64,000 nt of DNA, from NCBI GenBank assembly GCA_965248355.1, contig OZ252098.1, positions 1,824,001 to 1,888,000 of the forward strand, in the 5' to 3' direction. Positions 57,693 through 64,000 of the stretch are shown one piece after another. Under the pieces are notes generated by a model. That model saw only the letters and a program-made list of their open reading frames with translations, was not told where the DNA came from and did not search any database. Made by a program: the position numbers and the translations under genes. This DNA comes from Candidatus Latescibacterota bacterium. Lineage in GTDB: Bacteria > Latescibacterota > UBA2968 > UBA8231. Each line of letters starts with the position of its first letter. The stretch's first letter is position 1.

Positions 57693-59270
57693 ATGCACCG
57701 TCTCGCCCTCATCCTCCTGACCGCGGCCGCCCTCCAGGCGGGCCCCGCTGACGCCCAGTTCTCCATCGGGGGAGATCCGCGCGTGAACCCGGAGGACTTC
57801 ACCATCACCACCTTCGCCGGCGGCCTCAACTTCCCGGTGGGCATGGTCGAGCTGGAGGACGGCTCGATCCTGACCGCCCTGGCCAACGGCGCCTCCTTCT
57901 TCGGCAGCTCCTCGGGGCGGATCCTGCGACTCGTCGACGACGACGGCGACGCCATGGCCGACCGCTGGATCGTCCTCGAGGAGGAAATCCCCGTGGGCGG
58001 ACCGACGGCGGTGGACAAGGCCGGCGACCTCCTCTTCGTCACCGGCCAGGGCCAGCCGATCCTGATTCTGAGGTTGGGGCCGGCCCCGGAGTACGAGGTG
58101 ACCCAGGTGGGCCGCATCGACCTCAACGACGCCTCGCTGCTGCATCCGAACTCCGCCCTGGCGGCGCGGCAGGTGGACGGCGTCTACGAGCTGTTCTTCC
58201 CCCTCGGCTCGGCGGTCAACTTCGCCAGGACCACCCAGACCCGGCGCCTGACCAGCGACTTCGGCCTGGCCGCCGATCTGGGCTGCGACGCCATCCACCG
58301 CCTCACCTTCCGCTTCGACGGGGAGACCATCACCGGCGCGGAGGTGATCCAGATCGCCACCGGCCTGCGCTCGGCCTCCGGCCTGGCCTTCCACCCCGAG
58401 ACGGGGGACCTCTACTTCGAGGACAACGGCATCGACGGGCTGCAGAACGCCATCGAGGCCCACAGCGCCGACGAGATCAACAGGATCCCCGACGACCAGC
58501 TCGGCGGGGAGATCGAGGACTTCGGCTTCCCCGACCACTACATCGCCTACCGCACGGGCGAGTTCGTCGGCGGCGGCGCCATCCCGCCCCTGGTGGCCTT
58601 CCTGCCCCTGCCCGACCCGGCCACCGGCTCCGAGGCCGAGGGACCCAACGAGATCGCCTTCGCGCCGCCCGGGTTCCCTCCGGGTCTCAACAACGGCCTC
58701 TTCGTAGGGTTCCACGGCCAGTTCTTCCTCGGCGGCCGGGCCAACGAGGAGAACCCCCTGGTCTACGTCGATCTGGAGACGCGGGAGTACTTCCACTTCA
58801 TCAGCAACGAGGAGCCCGCCGTGGGCCATCTCGACGGGCTGCTCGCCTCCCACGACCGGCTCTACGTCTCCGACATCTCGAACCGGGGGGGACTCGGCCG
58901 GTCGGAGCGCAACTCCGGCGCCATCTACGTGATCCGCTACACCGGCCCCACGGCGGTCGGAGATGGACCCGCTCCCCGGCCCGAAGGGTTCTCGTTGGGC
59001 AGCGCCTTCCCCAACCCCTTCAACCCCTCCACGACGATCCGCTTCACGGTGCCGGAGGGGGCGGCGCTGCCGGCGCGGCTGGAGGTCCACGGCCCGACGG
59101 GACAGCGGGTGAGGAGCCTCTTCGACCAGACCGTCACCGGCGGCGCCTACGCCGTCACCTGGGACGGCCGCGACGACGCCGGCCGTCCGGCAGCCAGCGG
59201 CACCTACCTCTGCCGCCTCGTCTGGGGGGACCGGTTGTCCGCCTGGGGACGGGTGACCCTGCTCAAGTGA
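57693..59270 (+). CDS. Glucose/sorbosone (PQQ-dependent sugar) dehydrogenase-like beta-propeller with FlgD-Ig/T9SS-like C-terminal domain
   Basis: Signal peptide, FAGGLNFPVGM, IATGLRSASGLAFHPETGDLY, DEINRI, DFGFP, PNPFNPST...WDGRDDAGRPAASGTY. Confidence 0.75.
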   Translation: MHRLALILLTAAALQAGPADAQFSIGGDPRVNPEDFTITTFAGGLNFPVGMVELEDGSILTALANGASFFGSSSGRILRLVDDDGDAMADRWIVLEEEIPVGGPTAVDKAGDLLFVTGQGQPILILRLGPAPEYEVTQVGRIDLNDASLLHPNSALAARQVDGVYELFFPLGSAVNFARTTQTRRLTSDFGLAADLGCDAIHRLTFRFDGETITGAEVIQIATGLRSASGLAFHPETGDLYFEDNGIDGLQNAIEAHSADEINRIPDDQLGGEIEDFGFPDHYIAYRTGEFVGGGAIPPLVAFLPLPDPATGSEAEGPNEIAFAPPGFPPGLNNGLFVGFHGQFFLGGRANEENPLVYVDLETREYFHFISNEEPAVGHLDGLLASHDRLYVSDISNRGGLGRSERNSGAIYVIRYTGPTAVGDGPAPRPEGFSLGSAFPNPFNPSTTIRFTVPEGAALPARLEVHGPTGQRVRSLFDQTVTGGAYAVTWDGRDDAGRPAASGTYLCRLVWGDRLSAWGRVTLLK

Positions 59271-59277
59271 GGATGCC

Positions 59278-60192
59278 ATGACACCCGAGCTGCTCTCCCT
59301 GACCCGCATCTGGGACCAGGCCCCGCACAGCGCCTTCACCGACCTGCTGCGGCACGACGGGCGCTGGTGGTGCACCTTCCGCGAGGCCCTCGATCACGGT
59401 CCCAGCCCCGGCACCCTGCGGGTCCTCCGCTCGGCCGACGGCGACAGCTGGACCAGCGCCGCCGAGGTCGCCGAGCCCGGCGTCGACCTGCGCGACCCGA
59501 AGCTCTCGGTGAGACCCGACGGCCGCATGATGCTGCTCACCTGCGCCTGCGTCTACGACGACGAGAACGTCTACCGGATCCGCTCTCCGAGGGTCTGCTT
59601 CTCCGACGACGGCCGGAGCTGGACGGCGCCGGCCCGCTTCCTGGCCGAGGACCACTGGCTGTGGCGGGTCACCTGGCACGGCGGTGTCGGCTACGGCGTC
59701 TCCAAGCTGGGCGAGGGCAGCCACCCGCGCCGGGGCTTCCTCTACCGCACCCGGGACGGCCTGGAGTGGGAGTGGCTCACCGAGTTCCTCCTGCCCCGCG
59801 ACATCTGGACGGCGAGCGAGACGACGCTGAGGATCCTGACCGATGGGCGCATGGTGGCCCTCATCCGGCCCAACTGGATCGGCGTGAGCGCGCCGCCGTA
59901 CAGGGACTTCGAGTTCACCGAGCTCGAGGAGCGCTTGGGGGGCCCGAACTTCCTGGTGCTCCCCGACGGCGGCATGTGGGCCTGCGCCCGGGGCCGCCAC
60001 CTCGACGGCGGCGCCGCCACCGTCCTGGCGCGGATGACGGCGACGGAGTACGAGCCCGTCATGCGGCTGCCGAGCGGCGGCGACTGCTCCTACCCGGGCA
60101 TGGTCTGGCACGAGGGCCTGCTGTGGATGAGCTACTACTCCTCCCACGAGGGCAAGGCCTGCGTCTACCTGGCGCGGCTCCGCCTGCCCTGA
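59278..60192 (+). CDS. Sialidase/BNR-repeat beta-propeller protein
   Basis: HSAFTDL, SADGDSW, DLRDPKL, SDDGRSW Asp-boxes, GDCSYPG. Confidence 0.8.
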   Translation: MTPELLSLTRIWDQAPHSAFTDLLRHDGRWWCTFREALDHGPSPGTLRVLRSADGDSWTSAAEVAEPGVDLRDPKLSVRPDGRMMLLTCACVYDDENVYRIRSPRVCFSDDGRSWTAPARFLAEDHWLWRVTWHGGVGYGVSKLGEGSHPRRGFLYRTRDGLEWEWLTEFLLPRDIWTASETTLRILTDGRMVALIRPNWIGVSAPPYRDFEFTELEERLGGPNFLVLPDGGMWACARGRHLDGGAATVLARMTATEYEPVMRLPSGGDCSYPGMVWHEGLLWMSYYSSHEGKACVYLARLRLP

Positions 60193-60223
60193 GGGCACCG
60201 CGGCCGGGGCCGCGCCCTCGGAG

Positions 60224-60919
60224 CTAGGAGTCCGACCCCGCCTCTCCGTCGAGCATGGCCGCCACCTCCCCGGCCACGCCCTCCACCACGGCCTGGAGGA
60301 TGGCCTTGCCCTTGGCGGTGCTCGCCTTCTTCGCGTTCTCGTAGTTGACGCTGCCGACCCGCACCCGCTCGGGGAAGCGCGCCAGGGCGAAGGAGGTCTC
60401 GAACTCGCCGGCGTGGCCCGCCGAGCGCTCCAGCTCGAGGTTGGCCTCGTACCACTCCTGGCTCACCGTCTCCCAGTAGGTCACGTAGCGCACGCCCCTG
60501 GCGTCGAGCCGGGCCAGGGCCTCGGGGGCCTTGGTCTCCATGTTCCTGCGCTTGTTGCCGCCGTGGCCGTTGACCACCATCACCTGGCCCACGCCGAGGC
60601 GCATGAGGCTGTCGCAGACGTCGTGAACGGTCTCCATGTGGATCTCGGCGCGCACCGTGAGGGCGCCGCCGCGGGCCATGTGGTGCTCGGAGACGGTCAT
60701 GGGAATGGTGGGGGCGACGATCACCCGCGGCCAGAACCGCAGGGCCACCCGGCGCACGATCTCGGTGACCGACGCCGTGTCGTGGATCATGGCCAAGTGG
60801 TCCTGGTGCTGCTCGGTGGCCCCCGTGGGCACGATGGCCGCCTCGATCGTGCCGGCCGCCACGGCGTCGTTGAACTCCTTCCGCGTCAGTTCCCCGAAGT
60901 AGACGTTGCCCGGTCGCAT
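60224..60919 (-). CDS. Creatininase family amidohydrolase
   Basis: PTGATEQHQDHL, SEHH, NGHGGN, HAGEFETS. Confidence 0.9.
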   Translation of the reverse strand: MRPGNVYFGELTRKEFNDAVAAGTIEAAIVPTGATEQHQDHLAMIHDTASVTEIVRRVALRFWPRVIVAPTIPMTVSEHHMARGGALTVRAEIHMETVHDVCDSLMRLGVGQVMVVNGHGGNKRRNMETKAPEALARLDARGVRYVTYWETVSQEWYEANLELERSAGHAGEFETSFALARFPERVRVGSVNYENAKKASTAKGKAILQAVVEGVAGEVAAMLDGEAGSDS

Positions 60920-60998
60920 GGACTCTCTCCTGTGACTACGATTTGAACCGCCGTCTGCAAGTATAGCCCTTCGCCCGCACCCGATCAGGAGACCGCAC

Positions 60999-61331
60999 AT
61001 GTACTCCACCGCCCTCGTCATGCGCCTGCGCCCGGACGGATACCCCGGCTACAAGAAGGCCCACGACGAGCTCTGGCCCGAGATCAACCGCTCCATGGCC
61101 GACCACGGCGTCAGCATGGGCATCTACCGCCACGGCGACCGGCTCTTCCTCTTCGCCTGCGCGCCCACCGAGGCCGACTGGGAGGCCAGCCGGGAGTACC
61201 CGATCCTGGAGGAGTGGACGAAATACATGCGCGAGTTCCTCGACGACGGCGACGACGGGGAGCTGTTCTTCGAGCCCTTGGAGGAAGCCTTCGTCTTCGG
61301 CCTCTTCGATACGCGGGGAGCGCACCGATGA
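60999..61331 (+). CDS. L-rhamnose mutarotase family protein
   Basis: MRLRP, YKKAHDELWPE, LEEAF. Confidence 0.8.
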   Translation: MYSTALVMRLRPDGYPGYKKAHDELWPEINRSMADHGVSMGIYRHGDRLFLFACAPTEADWEASREYPILEEWTKYMREFLDDGDDGELFFEPLEEAFVFGLFDTRGAHR

Positions 61332-62341
61332 GGACCCGGGAGCTGGTCGTCGTCGAGCCGGGGCGGATCGAGCTGCAGGAGGCCACCCTCGACGAGGAGC
61401 TGGCCCCCCACGAGGCTCTTGTGGAGACGGAGCACTCCATCGTCTCCGCCGGCACCGAGGGCGCCGGGTTCACGGGCCTGGTGAGGCAGATGCCCTTCGG
61501 AGACGCCGGCCGCTACCCCCGCGGCACGGGCTATGGCAACCTCGGCCGCGTGCTCGCCACCGGCTCCCCCGACCTCGGCTGCGCCCCCGGGGACCGGGTC
61601 CTCACCTTCGCCCGCCACGCCTCCCACGCAAAGGCCGACGCCGGCCGTTTCGCCCTGCCGGTCCCGGCCGGACCGCCGGGGGAGCACCTCGTCTTCGCGC
61701 GCATGGCCGGGGTGTCGATCTCGGCCCTGCGCTCCTCCTCCGTGCAGCCCGGGGACACGGTCCTCGTCATCGGCATGGGCCTGGTGGGCAACCTCGCCGC
61801 CCAGCTCTTCCACCTGGCCGGCGCCGACGTGGCCGTGGCCGATCTCTCCGGCCTGCGGCTGCAGCGGGCCCGCCAGTGCGGCATCGAGCGCGTCATCCAC
61901 CCGCCCGGCGAGGACCTGGAGGAGGCGGTGATGGAGTGGACCGGCGGCCAGGGGGCGCGCATCACCGTGGAAGCCATCGGCGTCAGCGAGGTCGTCGCCC
62001 AGGCCGTGGACTGCACAGCCCGCCACGGCGAGGTGATCCTCCTCGGCAGCCCGCGGGCCCCGGCCTCCTTCGACGCCACCCCCATGCTCCTGCGCATCCA
62101 CCTGGAGGCGATCCACATGATCGGCGCCCTGGAGTGGCGCTGGCCGCAGCACGCCACCGAGCGCACCCGCGACCTCGACGCCAACTACCGGCAGCTGGCC
62201 GACTGGATCGCCGGGGGCCGGCTGCAGGTGGAGCCCCTGCTGACGCACCTGGTCTCGCCGGCGGAGTGCCAGCGGATGTACGACGGCCTCGCCCACCGGC
62301 GGGAGGAGTACCTCGGGGTGGTGTTTGACTGGGGGATGTAG
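61328..62341 (+). CDS. Zinc-binding (MDR) alcohol dehydrogenase family protein
   Basis: VSAGTE, GYGNLG, VIGMGLVG, LLTH. ATGA overlap. Confidence 0.88.
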   Translation: MRTRELVVVEPGRIELQEATLDEELAPHEALVETEHSIVSAGTEGAGFTGLVRQMPFGDAGRYPRGTGYGNLGRVLATGSPDLGCAPGDRVLTFARHASHAKADAGRFALPVPAGPPGEHLVFARMAGVSISALRSSSVQPGDTVLVIGMGLVGNLAAQLFHLAGADVAVADLSGLRLQRARQCGIERVIHPPGEDLEEAVMEWTGGQGARITVEAIGVSEVVAQAVDCTARHGEVILLGSPRAPASFDATPMLLRIHLEAIHMIGALEWRWPQHATERTRDLDANYRQLADWIAGGRLQVEPLLTHLVSPAECQRMYDGLAHRREEYLGVVFDWGM

Positions 62342-62362
62342 GCGGGTGGCGGCTTGGGAACC

Positions 62363-62597
62363 GGGAAGCCCGTCCTCCTCATCGACGCCAGAGGCGAGTT
62401 CCAGGACTACGACAGGACTATACTCGACGAGATCATCCGGTCTTCGGGACCTTCAGAGCGCGGTTGACAGGTACGCCTTGGCGGCCACATTCGAGGAGAT
62501 CGCCGAGAACTGCGTCAGCCTCAACATCCCCCGCTGCGGGGACACTTACAGCCGGCACCGGAGGTTGAAGGGGTATCTGAAGGAGCCTGATTTGTGA
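62363..62597 (+). pseudogene. hsdM: Degenerate C-terminal remnant of a type I R-M methyltransferase
   Basis: GKPVLLIDARGEF, frameshift, then VDRYALAATFEEIAENCVSLNIPRCGDT...KGYLKE, resembling the HsdM end (VLFIDAS..F...EEI.ENDYNLNIPRYVDT). Confidence 0.6.
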
Positions 62598-64000
62598 GGC
62601 GGAACTGCCCTGTTACCGGAGAGACGGCCCGGGTCGCAGAGGCCGGGGACCGAGTTACGGTCGAGCACCCCAGGCTCGGCCGCTACGTGCTCCACGCCGA
62701 GGCGCTCCCCTCCCTGGAGGCCGACGCCGGGGCCAGGGAGCGAATGGCCCGCTGGATCGCCGAATCACGGTCATTGGAAACCGAGGTGCCGGGCCTCACC
62801 GTTGAGCACGTTCACCTCTTTCAGCGACTTGCGGACCTGGAGGCGGCGGTCTCCGAATGGAACGAGCGGCGCCAAGCCATGACAGAGGCTGACGAGGACC
62901 GCCTCTGGAGAAAACTCCGACTGGAATGGAACTACAACAGCAACCACATCGAGGGCAACACTCTCACCTACCACGAGACCGAGCTGCTGCTCATCCACGG
63001 CCGCACGGCCGGCGGCCACCCGATGCGGGACTACGAGGAGATGAAGGCGCACGATGTCGCCATCGACCATACCCGGTCCCTCGCAGGCGCGGAGCAGGCC
63101 ATTGGGGAAGGCGATGTGCGGGACCTGAACCAGATTCTACTGAAGGAGCCGTTCTGGCAGAGCGCGGAGACCCCGGACGGCCAGCCAACCCACAAGCGCA
63201 TCGTCCCCGGCCAATACAAGACACAGCCGAACCATGTGCGAACAGCCACGGGAGAACTCCATCGATTCGCCGAGCCCGAGGAAACGTCCGCCTTGATGGC
63301 GGAATGGACACGTGAATTCCGTCGCGACCTGGAGCGAACAGCCTGCCCTCTGCCGTTGTTCCTGGCCGAATCGCATTGGAGCTTTCTCCGCATCCATCCA
63401 TTCGACGACGGCAACGGACGCACTGCGCGCCTACTCGCCAATTACGCTCTGCTTCGGGAAGACCTGCCGCCCATCGTGATCAGGAGCGAAGACCGTGACC
63501 CCTATATCGGTGCGCTCCAGAATGCAGATCTCGGCTTCACGTTGCCCCTCGCCCAGTTCATGCTGGAGAATGTTCTCTGGTCGCTTGGGATAGGGATCCG
63601 GGCTGCCTCGGGTGAGTCGATCCACGAACCCGACGATACGGCCCAAGAAGGTGGATCTCTTCGTACGACATGAGAGAGGGCCCGAGCCGCGCAGATCCGA
63701 CATCGAAGTACTGGATAGCGTCTTTCACCTGCATGTTCGCCCAACCCTTGATGGCTTGGAGGATGCGCTCCACCGTCTGTCGGCGCTGTTTCGCGTCTCC
63801 CGCCGTATCTCGGGTATTGGGCAACTTCAGATGATAGGGGGCGGCCTATTTGCGGGCGACCAGTGGGAACAGACGAAACAGCACCATATCGCAAGACGAG
63901 GATTCAAGCTGAGTGATGGGCGGCAAGTCCACCTACGGGAGGATTGCATATTCGAGGATTACACAGGAAGGGGAGACAGCAGTTTTGGGCTGATCCTGTC
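62594..64000 (+). CDS. Fic family protein (class II), with a probable frameshift at ~63643 and a continuation past the window edge
   Basis: YNSNHIEGNT inhibitory motif and HPFDDGNGRTAR. Annotated stop at 63673, but the shifted frame KKVDLFVRHE... is open from 63645 to 64000. Confidence 0.85.

Overview
A very GC-rich bacterial chromosomal segment. Several features suggest an FCB-superphylum, Latescibacterota-like marine or sponge-associated organism (inference only): FlgD-Ig/T9SS-like C-terminal domains, short C-terminal (T/S)W(G/A)xIK tails, expanded PhyH, Gfo/Idh/MocA and sulfatase genes, and a giant repeat autotransporter. In order the window holds: (1) a 5'-truncated giant Calx-beta-like repeat autotransporter with eight near-identical 330/333-bp units, followed by a perfect 25-bp hairpin; (2) catabolic genes including five PhyH-type Fe/2OG oxygenases, four of which carry HxA/HxG instead of the HxD iron motif (a halogenase-like signature); (3) a LysR-divergent atypical purA-HAD unit and recQ; (4) a lower-GC decayed island (~27.8-36.8 kb) with a truncated M6 protease, an intact ISKra4/ISLre2-type IS and an intact IS256 (each with an 8-bp TSD inside a reconstructable gene), plus IS256, IS21 and cusA remnants; (5) DUF72, a large DUF362 protein, an internally duplicated CPBP protease and a tandem epimerase; (6) thrS-M50B-proS preceded by what looks like a Thr-rich leader-peptide attenuator; (7) MOSC, acetolactate synthase, dCMP deaminase, an unannotated 43-aa membrane peptide, a stand-alone PolX N-terminal protein and a diheme cytochrome / sugar-dehydrogenase-like pair; (8) sugar-metabolism genes, an hsdM remnant and a frameshifted Fic gene. 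No rRNA, tRNA or CRISPR array was recognised. All product calls come from motif recognition by eye; no database searches were run.
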